A DNA stretch of 64,000 nucleotides from Lama guanicoe (lineage: Eukaryota), in assembly GCA_013239625.1 (NCBI GenBank), contig MU057357.1:34699723-34763722 (forward strand), given 5' to 3'. Below the pieces are notes generated by a model that saw nothing but the letters and a program-made list of their open reading frames with translations, had not been told where the DNA came from and ran no database searches. A program made the translations under genes and the position numbers. Positions 1 to 11,929 of the stretch are shown in pieces. Within the stretch, counting starts at the first letter, position 1. Each line of letters opens with the position of its first letter.

Positions 1-16
1 AATTTTTTTACATAAT
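1..16 (-). CDS. ITGA4: Integrin alpha-4 coding exon 5, partial (continues beyond window start)
   Basis: Acceptor ctacttttttttag|ATTATGTAAAAAAATT. With the terminal G of exon 4 it reads D-Y-V-K-K-(F), the expected continuation. Confidence 0.9.
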
Positions 17-632
17 CTAAAAAAAAGTAGAAAAAATAATTCAAGATTTTATTTAAAAATAAAGACAAAATCTGTATCATTTTGTTTCTTATAAATCCTT
101 ATAAATTTACCTTTAAAGGTCTACATTTTGGAGTAACATTTTAAAAAATAGTAATTGATAAAATTTAAGATCACAAACCTCTTCTATATTAACCCTCAAA
201 CCATGTCTATGAAATAGCAATAAAAATATCTACTCTGCCTCTTTTTCATAGGAAGCAGCTTACACTCAAAAAACCGTCAGGTGAGTATCAAGACAGAGGT
301 AAGATTTGTGGCTTCTGGCCCAGGTTTCCATTTAAAATAGGCTTCCTATATTTTGCCCAGCTGAAAATAACAGACTGAGTCAAGATGGGTATGGAGATGG
401 AGGGTGTCTTATCACAAAGTCCCCATGCATGCACAGATGCTCTGTGAAACTTACTATGGGCACAAAGCTTGCTTTTCCTGAGGAACTGACATAAGTAAAC
501 CTCTAAGAAAAGAACAATCGGGACCATATCTTTGTTTTGGCTTTGGTAACCAGAAATATTAAATAAATTGCTACATCATTTATAATTACCACTCCCTGTC
601 ATGATTTCTCACTCCTTTTTATATCTTCTCTG

Positions 633-635
<3 letters not shown>

Positions 636-708
<73 letters not shown>

Positions 709-722
709 TACATACATACATA
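636..722. repeat. Compound (AT)n(AC)n(ATAC)n microsatellite in intron 4
   Basis: Directly visible. Confidence 0.95.
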
Positions 723-2371
723 CTTTGTTTAAAAAAATTTACCATAATTTTAGGTATCTTAGGTTTCTGCCATCATGATTTTTTTTTCTAGAATGTGGTT
801 AGGTTTATATACATACACACACACACATATATTATATATTATATATATAAAATTTTTGGAGTTTGAGGGTGAGTGCACATTGTTATCCATGGACATTATC
901 AGCCCTTGGATAGAGTCACCCAGAGAACACATGAGAAAATGTAGAGGACTGAAATCTACATCCAGGTAGGCACCAGTATTTAGTGAAGGAACTGGCCAGT
1001 GGCAAGACAAAAGCTGCTGAGCATTAAGTGGTCAAGCGCATCATCTCACACCATTAGAACTTCAGAAGTCGCCTGGTGGGTCAATTAAAAGCCCCGGGCC
1101 AGGGCCAGCTAGGTGGGGAGGGGCATGCAGTTGAGGTATCTTTAACTTGCATCTCTACTAGATTGTGCTTTGACAGCTTCCCTCCAGCCTATACAGCTAA
1201 TTCCTATCACTGCACACTTGATTTTAAAGGAAACCAGGTTCATGAGGGGAAAGTCCTCATCTGGACCAGAGATTATGACTCAGGGTGGTCAGGTCTGCAT
1301 TAGGGAGAGACTGCAAGACCTCAAATGATCATGCGGGCATCTACCACCAGCCAGGGAGAGATCCCTCTACTGTGAAATATTTTAAAGTGTAAACTATAAA
1401 CTACTACGAAAAAGAGAAGAGTAGCTGGACTAAGTTTCAACCACAATCGAGAAGTTAAAATTCACCTTTTAACTTCTTGGCATTCAAAGGCAAATTAGGA
1501 ATATAGGTGACATAATCTTTTCTATTATATCACATTCCAAGGAGGAAAGACCTCAATTAATTACTAATTGAATCAATAACTCAATGTGCATACTTGGTCC
1601 AAGTTTTGTCCAGTGATGGAAATTTTCATTGGACACTGGGGTAATCATTTTGGTTAGGAAAACTAGAAATTGGCATTCATATATATTTTATTCTTTTGAA
1701 AGGCGCATTTTTAGAATTTTAGTTCTGTTGCAGGTGTTATTTTTTTATTTCTCTGCTGACATTCACCTCTAACTTTGTTCATTTCAGTTTATGTCCTAGC
1801 TCTATATGCACTAATGCTACCTATGATCTAAAATATTTATGGAAAGACCTTTCAAACTTAAGATATCAACCCCTTACTGTTTCAAGGAAAACATGTGAAT
1901 TTGAAAAAAAAAAAGACTGAGAAAGATATGCTTATATTTATACTTTGAGTCTGACTATCGTTGGAAACTAAAGGTAAAGGAAGAAACTTAAACAGCTTTC
2001 TTCCTTCTGATCAGATTTTTCAATCTAATTTTGTGATTTTAAGTGTCCCACATTTGCTGGGCATCAGGCTCACTTATACTGAATTAAAAATATACTTAAT
2101 GCTAAAGTGGGAAATTATCAACTAGATGCTAGAGTTATTCAAATTAAAACTGTAGAATTCCTAGTCCAAAAAACCCACAGGACATTTTTGAAAATTAATA
2201 CTACAACTGGGTTAACAAAGGAAAGGAAATAATACTTTAGTTAAAAAGAACACAGAAATTTTAAAGATCCCCCACCCCTGACAGACCATCCAAAACTGAA
2301 AATTCAAAAAACATTTTTAAAGCCATTCACTTGTTTCTCCTGATCCACTCAGTACCCACACCATGCCTTAC

Positions 2372-2501
2372 CTTGATAGCATGGAGCTATTCTTCTACTC
2401 AATTCTGTCCGTAAATTGGAGGGCATGCCATAGCAAACACCCGTGGGGAGCTTATTTTCATTCTTCATGTAAAATATATTTTTCCATCTATGCCCACAAG
2501 T
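2372..2501 (-). CDS. ITGA4: Integrin alpha-4 coding exon 4
   Basis: Acceptor ttttattcag|A, donor CAAG|gtaagg, 130 nt. Encodes TCGHRWKNIFYMKNENKLPTGVCYGMPSNLRTELSRRIAPCYQ. Not in the ORF track; translated by hand. Confidence 0.96.
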
Positions 2502-2597
2502 CTGAATAAAACATAAAAGGAGACCAAATTATGTGGAAGTCACCCCCAGAATATGCGATTTCACGATGTTATCAGTGGACTGAATCCAACAACCTAC

Positions 2598-2704
2598 CAC
2601 GATGGATCCATTCTCTCCCGGCTGTCTGGAAAGCGTGACCCCCAACCACTGATTGTCTCTTTCTTCCAAACAAGTCTTTCCACAGGGGTCTCCAAGAGGG
2701 CTAC
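2598..2704 (-). CDS. ITGA4: Integrin alpha-4 coding exon 3
   Basis: Acceptor ttttcaaatgctgtag|GT, donor GTG|gtaggt, 107 nt. Encodes (G)SPLGDPCGKTCLEERDNQWLGVTLSRQPGENGSIV. Follows a 16.6-kb intron 2. Confidence 0.97.
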
Positions 2705-5524
2705 CTACAGCATTTGAAAACCATTTGATCATCAGTCATCTCGAAAACAATGTTATCCTACAAGAGCAGAGAAAAACAAACACGAGGGCTTAGCCCCAAG
2801 GTTTCTTCCCTCAGCCATCTGTAGAACGCCCTCTTTCCCTGCTCCCCAATCAGCATATGTGGGGGAAACTGTTAGCTGCCCCGCGATTACGCGATACTCG
2901 TTCTCTCGCAGGTGATTCTTGTCTGTGGAAATGCCCTCTGACTGGTAACACCAGGAGGGGATGACCCCACACAGGAGGTAGCTAACCAACAGAACTAGGA
3001 GAGGGGAGGATCAGTTCAATCCAGCATCGGCCATGTGAGTACCACCACATTGTGAAATGCTGGCCAAACAATGTGCACCTCTGTTTGGATCATTTATCTA
3101 GCAACTTTATGTAAGCAACTTTACCAGAGCACTTTTTACAAATGTTTCCTGTATTGAGACTTCAAGAATAAAAGGACTATGGTCCTCAGCACTTAAGTCA
3201 CAGTTTATTGAAGCTGGAAGGTGATGACTAAGCAGGTGGAAGGTGGCCTGTGTAATTGACATACTAATAATGCCTAGCATTTAAAACAAACTGCCCTGTG
3301 TAAATGTAAACCACTTAGTGGACTGTGATGTTTTCAACAAAGAAAAAAAAAAAGACTTGAAAAACTGGATTATTTCAGTAAACGAAAAACCTCAATAGGC
3401 ACTTTGACAAAGGCATGCATAGCCAGAAAGCCAAAACTATTACACACGGGCAATACAGTACTTCTAAACTGTACAAGAAAACATGATCTTCCCGGTGACT
3501 TTTTTTTTTATTGTGTTAAAGTGACTTCTTTGCTTTGTAGCTGGGATCCTATATTAAGCGTGAGTGCAATTAAGTGATTTTGGGGGAGAATGAGATGCGG
3601 TATGTTACTACTCCTTTTGCTATCTATTTCCACCCTCTTCAATTGCCCTGTGACAGTTCCATTCTACCTGAGCATAATTCCAAAGGCAGGTAAATATATT
3701 TGCACCAATTTGATTGGATAAGAACATAGAACTTGGGTATGTTTACTTAATTTTGGTACCAAGTTTTCATACATTTATAGGGACTATCCCTCAAAATCAT
3801 TATGAGCTTGGTCACCTCCTATAACTGTGACCCCTACATAAAGCTCCCTGGGCAAACTCAGAATACCTACATCCATGAGGTTAGTATGAAAGTGAATTAT
3901 TTGCAGTAAGTCTCCCAGGTAAGAGAGATTTTGTTTAAGGAGTGTGGAAAGATGTTTGTGTACACATTTTATACATTTAGTTGTTCTCTAAAATGTTGTT
4001 CAGGACAAACAAACACTTCAACACAGCAGAACTGAAGAAAGTTTCCTCACCCCTTCTCTGCGTGTTGATTTAGCAGGTCCAAGTGAGGCCCTGACTACCC
4101 CAAGTGACTCTCACAATCTGGAACACTGTTACCATGGCATGTGGATAATCTTTTCTTGGCCAGTTTTTTTTGCAGAATAATAACGTCAACTCCCATCTAT
4201 TGGTAGTGCCTGCTTAGGGCTCGAGACTGAGAGGAAGATGACTAAGGATGGGTCTGGAAAAAGCATGTTGGGGTTGAAAAGCAATGCTTACGTGGAATGG
4301 GAAAGGAATCTTGCTGCAGCCCAAATTTTAATCAAAGATGGTCCAGGTGGAAGTGTAAGGTCTCTGTATTAAAGTTAATTTAAAAAAAAAAAAAGGAAGG
4401 GATAATAAGGGAGAGGTAAGGAGAGAGAAAAAGACACTTGTATTGTAGGATGGAGTGGTTTAGATCTAACACAGAAAGTTGTTATTGCGGATACATGATG
4501 CCAACATAATTTAAAGAAGGTGAAAGAATGAGACAGAAATTTAAAATTTCCACTGTGATGCAAATTTCAGTTTGAGTTTTTACTAAAATTGCCAGTTGCT
4601 TTTTTTTTGAAACTAACGTCAAAAACAGATGATAAGTGGATTTGTCTACCTGGACTGGAAGTTATTATTATTTATCCCAAAAGACACTTCAATAAAGAAT
4701 CTTCTCTGGAAATACTTTCTAAAATTACAGTCAACCCTCAAGCTATTGTGCAGGAAGAAAATTAAGGACAGGAGAGAACAGAGGTCACAAGTTACACGTT
4801 ATCTCTGCTAAAATGTGGTATAGTTAAATGGACACTCATTAAGATTACAGCCAATATTCAGAATCAAATGTACTGTTCTAGAGATGCCACCTCAATGTTT
4901 AAAAATATACAATAGTTCAGAACCACCAAATACCACGTAAACTGATGAAAATGGCCCAAAAGTTCTTATGCATACACAAAAAATAGTGAACTGTTGTCTG
5001 TTTCTTAGCTGAGCTCTCTTATTTGTAAATTTTAAAATGAAGACTAGAGAAACTCTTATGTTATTAAACTGGTCTCTGGGTCCGCAGATTATGCCCCATT
5101 GCATCCTTTGTTTCAGTTTTAGCTCCACCAGGTGACACCCTAATGCCATCATTGCTCAGTCTCACACTTAGGGTCACACACATCGATAAACCTAATAAGT
5201 GAACAGACACACAGACTCCCACTTGTATAGGTTTCTTCTTTCCACTTCTTAACTCTGCTACTGCCACCGAGCAGTACCCAACAGCACCAAAAAGGTACTT
5301 TCCAGCACTGATTACAAGAGAGCATCAGTTCGCAGAACAGACTATAAATCCCCACTACTGATGTGGGTCTTTTCTTAATTGCTTGCAACTTTCCCCTTTC
5401 CTTCTGTAGTGGTTACTGAATCTTGACTGAAAGGTCAGACCTCCACTTCACTCACCCACGGGGCCTCTCCAGAGCTACCCCTTAACCTCCTTGCTCTTGA
5501 GCCCACCCCCTTATCATGTGATCC

Positions 5525-5706
5525 TCAGCCTTGACTGGACATTAGGATCACCTGGGGGGGGGGTAGTTTTGAGCAAATACTGACACCTGACCTCCATTCC
5601 CAGAGGCTCAGATTTGATATGTCTGGGTTGAGACTCATATCAGAATTTTTCAAAAAGCTCCCCAGGTATTGGTAGCATGCAGCTGGGCTTGTGAGCGACT
5701 GCTCTA
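5525..5706. mobile_element. MER5-like hAT-Charlie DNA transposon remnant
   Basis: ATCACCTGGG...AAAGCTCCCCAGGT...ACTGCTCTA signature. Confidence 0.65.
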
Positions 5707-7099
5707 CAACGTCCATGGTTATGGCATTTCCTAGGTTATACCATATTTGAACAGAAACTACTCTGTTTAGAAAATAATAGTAATACTTTTTTTGCCCTCC
5801 TTGGTTTCAGCTAAAGATTGAAATAGGGTATCAAATATCAAGCTGATTTTCCTCATGTAGAAATACAGTATGTCTAATTTGGTCAAAAATGATGATTATT
5901 ACAACTGTCATGAGCAAGCTAATTCTCATGAACTTCCCTGAAAGAACATCATAAATAAACTCAGATTATCTTTATATTTTATCCAAATGTCATGCTGAAA
6001 TGGTTTGTAATCTGGTTTTCAATTCAGCTCATACATTACTAATCTAAACTCTTAGTAAATCAAATCAGCTTCACAGTTGAAAAAAAGTATTTACATGGTT
6101 TAACATAGAAGAGGTCAGTGGAAATTACTGTGGTAATTTTCCATGTTTCATACAACTAGAATGACTAATTTGTAGCACAGTTGAATGCACTTTCCTAGTA
6201 GACATTAAAAATACAAAGCCACATAAAAACATACCCCTTATTCTAAAAATTAATCCCATCTTTCTCTTTCCTTTTTTTTTTTTCTCTTTTGGTTTTCATT
6301 TGTGAAAGAAAATATAAAGTTGTATGCTTACTATTCAGTTTTTTATTTCTACTTATTGATTTTGTGTCAGTATATACATGTGTATGTGTAGGTAAATGTG
6401 ATTAAGCAGTAATTTTAATAAGTGGATACAAAGGATGCTAGTACAAAGCCAATGAGGTACATTCTTTACCACCTCTATTTTTTTGTTTTGCCAGAGACTA
6501 TGGAAGACTAGATATTCACTCTGAACTGTCACCTCCATGAGGACAGATTGACTATTATGTTGACTGTGGCATTCCCACAGCACAGGACAGGGCCTTAAAT
6601 GCAGCAGGCAGGAACAAAATCTCTGCTGAAGGAGGGAATTCTGAAACCCACTAGACCACCACAAAACCCTTCCCTAGCAGGTACTACTGCTAAATTTTCA
6701 CCAAACTCTCAGATCTAAGCTTGGAGGAGGTCAGTCTTCCATCACTACCATTCTCCCCTACTTCTCTTTCAGAACATTAGTTCCTTACGTTTTAAGATAG
6801 TAACAGATGGTCTGGAGGAAGACAGTGTTTGCAGGTTTCAGATCTTTACAAAGTGTGATACGTGAGGAGGAGGATTTAACACTGAGAACTAGCTGGGCCT
6901 ACAGGAGGTGCCTGTCTCAGAGGGGCTCTGCAAGGACTGTGGGGTGTAAAGGAGGTACGTGTGAAGTGGTTGGGCCAGAGCCTGGCAGAGAAACAGGCAA
7001 ACATTAGTTGATGTTAACATTATTATCTTAGGGATTAAGTTAAAGATATGATTAAGCTGCTCACATGTCATGGCATGTACCCTCCTCCACAAAATGCCC

Positions 7100-7245
7100 T
7101 ACCACACACTGACTCATTTAATTCTCACAGGAGCAGCAGGGAACTGTGTTATCAATTCCATTTTACAGGTGAGAAAATAGAATCTTAAAGAAGTAAAATA
7201 ATTTGCCCAAACCCATGGGACTGGCAAATGGAAAAGCTTAGAATG
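7100..7245 (-). mobile_element. MIR SINE remnant
   Basis: CTCATTTAATTCTCACA...CCATTTTACAGGTGAGAAAA core. Confidence 0.7.
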
Positions 7246-7737
7246 AAAAACAAAAATCTCTTAGAAATCAAAGACCGAAAAGTAGTTACTTCCTACTAGT
7301 CTGGAATCTCTACAACATTACTCTACAAATATTTCAGACGTACGAAATAACTGAATCAATTTTACTACCTAATTTTTTTTCAGCTGCAAATGTGTAAAGT
7401 ATCACAAATCTGTCCACAGAAAACACAGTCAACCTTCTAGTGTTCAAGACAAAGGTCACTTCCTTAGTCCCTATCTTTCCGTGACCTTTTACTCAATTAA
7501 ATCTCAATATTTTGGCATTTCCATTGAGGAAGGACCAAGGGGAAAGATCAAACTGAAAGGTCTTCTTTTTGTAACTTTTTGACAGCTTGAGCAGAGCACT
7601 TTGTGGGTAGGGGAACCTGGGACTTCTGGGTGCATTGACAAGTCTGGCTTGTCTGTCTGCGTCACTGTGCTGTGGCTTCCCCGTTGGTTCAGATATTTGA
7701 CTGGGACTCTCAGTCTGGCATTCTGGCTACTACGACA

Positions 7738-7738
<1 letters not shown>

Positions 7739-7768
<30 letters not shown>
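7739..7768. repeat. (CA)n microsatellite
   Basis: Directly visible. Confidence 0.95.
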
Positions 7769-7771
<3 letters not shown>

Positions 7772-9174
7772 ATCTGATCTTTCAAAACACGTGACATAAT
7801 TTTCAAGCTTCGGAAAAATTGTAGAAGACCTTACTTCCACCAATTACTTTTTTAAACTTGCAGTTCCATTCCACTGAAACATGAGTCCCATATATTTCAA
7901 ACGCTTGCACTCTAAATTTTTCTGAAATAATCCTGAAAAATAAATGAACCTTGTTCTAGTCTATGTTCTATAGTCACTCATTCAAGATATCTTTATTTGT
8001 AGAAGCAATAATTACTGAATGAAAACAATTATACAATTCCTTCATTTAACTAAATTCAGAATATAGAAAAAAATATGGGATTAAAAGCAAACAAACCAAC
8101 TCAAATAAGACAAGACTGTAAGACCTGCTACTGCAGGGGTATCATGATTACAGAAAACTTACGCCTGTGCAAACAAGACTGCCTGGCACCTAGTAGGTGT
8201 TCATTAAACGGTAAATGCGTCTGCTCCCCGGTGTACCCACATTGTGCTGATGCATCTCACCAGCAGAGGGAGCTCACAGTGCTGTGAGGTTGGATTCAGC
8301 TGTTTAAGCCAACAGCCCCTTGTTTTCGTTTCTTATCAAACCCAAATTACCATTCAATCCATTATACTGTGTTTATTATATTAAACTGTGTACTTCTCCC
8401 ATACATCTAATAAAATGTGATGGTGATGTTTCTAAAAGATAACAGTGGAGTTCATGAATTTAACAGTAATGAAAATAACGCCGAGTAATGAAAAGTAAAA
8501 CACCCAGGTTTTAGAGGAGATACGGAACATGAAAGCACTAAACTTCTAAGCCCACTTCCTCCAGCTCATCTAGCAGCAAACAAGAGGCAAAAGAGCACAC
8601 TCAACATCAAAATTAGAAGTCATTCTCAAAGTTCTGTTTTTGTTTTTCCTGAAAAACATGTTTTCAAATGTCATGTTCTCAGACTTCCTAATCAAAATCT
8701 GATCATGGCAAATAATAATGCTCAATTTATGTGAGAAACAGCTCCTATAATCACAGGCCTGAGAAAGCCAGCTATTTCAGTCCTCTTTTTAATTTTTTAT
8801 TTTATAACTTATTTTATTTTGTTGTATTTAGGAAGAGAGTCCAACACAGAGGTGAGCACCTTCAGGGAATAGAGCCAAGCTTGAGGGTTGCAATTTTATG
8901 ACTCTGGGCTGATTTTGAGTCATCACTAGACTTCAGAACTCTAGAAAACCAGCCTGTTTGTCAGCTTGAAACTAAGATTAGGGTTTTTTTCCAGGGACCT
9001 TAGACCTTAGGCCCAAAGTTCTTCAAATTCCTGCAGAAAACCTACATAAGTTTTGTTTTGTTTTTCACTAAATACAGCAGAAAAATATACAGCAACTGAG
9101 ATGTCTGCTAAGCATAATTTAAGGAAAGAATGCTGTCTCACAAAAACTTATATATTTACACAATAAATGATTAT

Positions 9175-9385
9175 ATTTGTTTTATGCTTTCTGTGTACCA
9201 AGCACACCCTTAATACATACAAATACATATATTAACTCATTTAATTTTCATTATGTCCCTATGATGTAGGTCTTACTATCATCATTATCCCAATTTTACA
9301 GATGGAGAAGCTGAAACAAAGGTTAAGCACCTTGCTGTAAATCATACTCCCTTACAAGTGGGGGAATGAAGAACTTAAACCCATA
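9175..9385 (-). mobile_element. MIR SINE remnant
   Basis: ATTAACTCATTTAAT...ATCCCAATTTTACAGATGGAGAAGCTGA core. Confidence 0.75.
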
Positions 9386-11598
9386 CTGTCATCCACCACC
9401 TACACTATGTTACAATGATTTGCTATTAGTACTTTTCCCTATTAATCAGGGAATGAATCCAAGTATCAGCATTATTAATAATCCTAGACTAATTCTATTT
9501 CGTAACAACTTATTATAACATTAACTTCTAACATTAGAAAATAAGGAAAGAAAATCCTCTACTTTCATGGTTTTCAACTAATTACTTTGAATTAAGGAGC
9601 CTCTTGAAAAAGTATCACTAATACATAGATACCATCTGAACTGTCTCTGAAACGAGCAATACAAAAATGTAAACAGAAAAAAAACTCCAGGGAAACCTGC
9701 TCTCACTTAATGCTTGGTGGTCAAAACTGGAGTCCTGAGCTTGGTTTTGGAAATCACACGATAGGATGGAGGAGAAGATTAGGATGATAGTTTTCAAAAT
9801 ATATAAGAGAAGTAAAAATCTGTCAGGGGGTCCAAGGCATTGTCCTGTACCAGTCAATGCAGGATCAGTCTGAGATGAGGGGTCACAGATAACAGAGGTC
9901 ATCTCTCAGTTCGAAGTTGAAAGGGTGAGATAGGATGTTGCAGAGACAATGATTTGCAGACAAAATAATGATATTCTAATGAATACTAGAAAATGATCAT
10001 AAGAAAACAGAATAGCATTGGGGTGAGGTAGACCTAGAAAGATTTTGCTCAGGGTAGATACTGACAAGTCTTCTACACTGGGTATAACTGAAAAAGGACA
10101 CAACTAATCTACTTCACAAAATATCTTTTGTAAAAGAGATTTCACAACTAAGTCCATACTCTTACTATTTCTTAACATATTCATCATGAATTACAGTATT
10201 TCATATAAATTACACGAAAAAGTTTTCCTGCCATTTAAAAAAAAAAATTCTTGAGGATAAACTGAGAGCATCAGAGCCCAGTCCTGTCACTTGCAAGTCT
10301 GCTTCCATAGTCTAACTTGGTGTTTCCAGCTATTCCTAAAATTGAAAGCCCTTGTTTTTAAAGATGGCCAGTTCTAAGCTCCCTATCTCAGGAGTGTGTA
10401 TTGTTTAGCTTGCCTGGTGTGACCAGGCAGAGCCTGGAACCCAGTGCTGGCACAGACCTCTTTGGAATGAGGCTGAAATATACAGAAAATCCCAGAGGGT
10501 CCCACCCAAATCTGAGAAATGTATCCATCCACTTCACATTCATTGAGATGCCACTGTATGTTCATCAAAACTGGTCAGAACTGGCTCCATTACTCAAGCG
10601 CCCACTCTATCCAGGAAACGTTCTCTCATCATCCAAACAATTTCTTCTCCCCACTGTATATGTCCCTATTGTTACACTTAGTAATGTTTTCTCATAAGTA
10701 ATCACCTGTTTACTTGTCTCCCCTGTCACCGAGTTCTTTGAGGGCTTTTGCCATCTCAGTCAACGTTCTATGCTTAGTACTAGCGTAAGTAATTGATAAA
10801 ATTTATTTAATAAATAAAGAACCCAGTTAAAAGAGTTGCCATCTACTACCAATATATTCTCACTTTTCACCCCCTGGCAATGTGGCTTCACCACTAAAAC
10901 TGGTCTTACCAAGGTTAGTAATGAACCGACTCTCTCTAAATCCAAAGAAACCTCCTAAGTTCTCACCTAGCTTGACATCTTGGCAAATTTTGATACTGCC
11001 AACCACTCACTTCTCAAAATCTCTCATCCTTTCACTTCCATAATGCCCGATTACCTGATTTCCTAACTACCTCTTTGGCTTTTCCTTCTCCATCTATTTT
11101 TCAGGCTCTTCTTGTCTTCTCCAATAGTTCTCAACCATGGATGAATACTGGAATCACCTGGGTGCCTTTGGAAACCCCTGATGCCCTACTGAGAGTTCTG
11201 CACCCAATTTCAACATGTATATATGTGTGCGAAGTTTTTCCACATCAGCAGCAAGCAATTCTCTGATACCAGGTGGGTGTCCTACAATTCAACTCAATTG
11301 TTAACACTATCTCCCTGGAGATACTGTCAGATCCCATGGGTTAAGGGTTCAGTCCTACAAGCTCCTTGACATAGGTCTTAGTGATAATTTTTCAAATCTG
11401 ACACCAAAAGCAAAAATAAATGAGACTGTAGCAAACTAAAAAGCTTCTGCACAGAAAAGGAAACCATCAACAAAATTAAAAAGGCAACCTATGAATTGGA
11501 GAAAATATTTCCAAATTATATCTGATAAGGGGCTAATATCCAAAATATATGAAGAACTGATATAAATAGCAAAACAAGCAAACGATCTGAGTAGTAGA

Positions 11599-11736
11599 NN
11601 NNNNNNNNNNNNNNNNNNNNNNNNNNNNNNNNNNNNNNNNNNNNNNNNNNNNNNNNNNNNNNNNNNNNNNNNNNNNNNNNNNNNNNNNNNNNNNNNNNNN
11701 NNNNNNNNNNNNNNNNNNNNNNNNNNNNNNNNNNNN
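11599..11736. other. Assembly gap (N run) inside L1
   Basis: 138 N. Confidence 1.
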
Positions 11737-11773
11737 TATCAAAAAGAAAAGAAATAACAAAGGCTGGCAAAGA

Positions 11774-11929
11774 NNNNNNNNNNNNNNNNNNNNNNNNNNN
11801 NNNNNNNNNNNNNNNNNNNNNNNNNNNNNNNNNNNNNNNNNNNNNNNNNNNNNNNNNNNNNNNNNNNNNNNNNNNNNNNNNNNNNNNNNNNNNNNNNNNN
11901 NNNNNNNNNNNNNNNNNNNNNNNNNNNNN
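11774..11929. other. Assembly gap (N run) inside L1
   Basis: 156 N. Confidence 1.

Noticed and set aside
2529-2732. 67-aa ORF as a standalone gene
   Set aside because: It is exon 3 plus flanking intron sequence.
9640-10110. Possible CR1/L3 remnant
   Set aside because: Only a vague resemblance; cannot be supported without a profile search.
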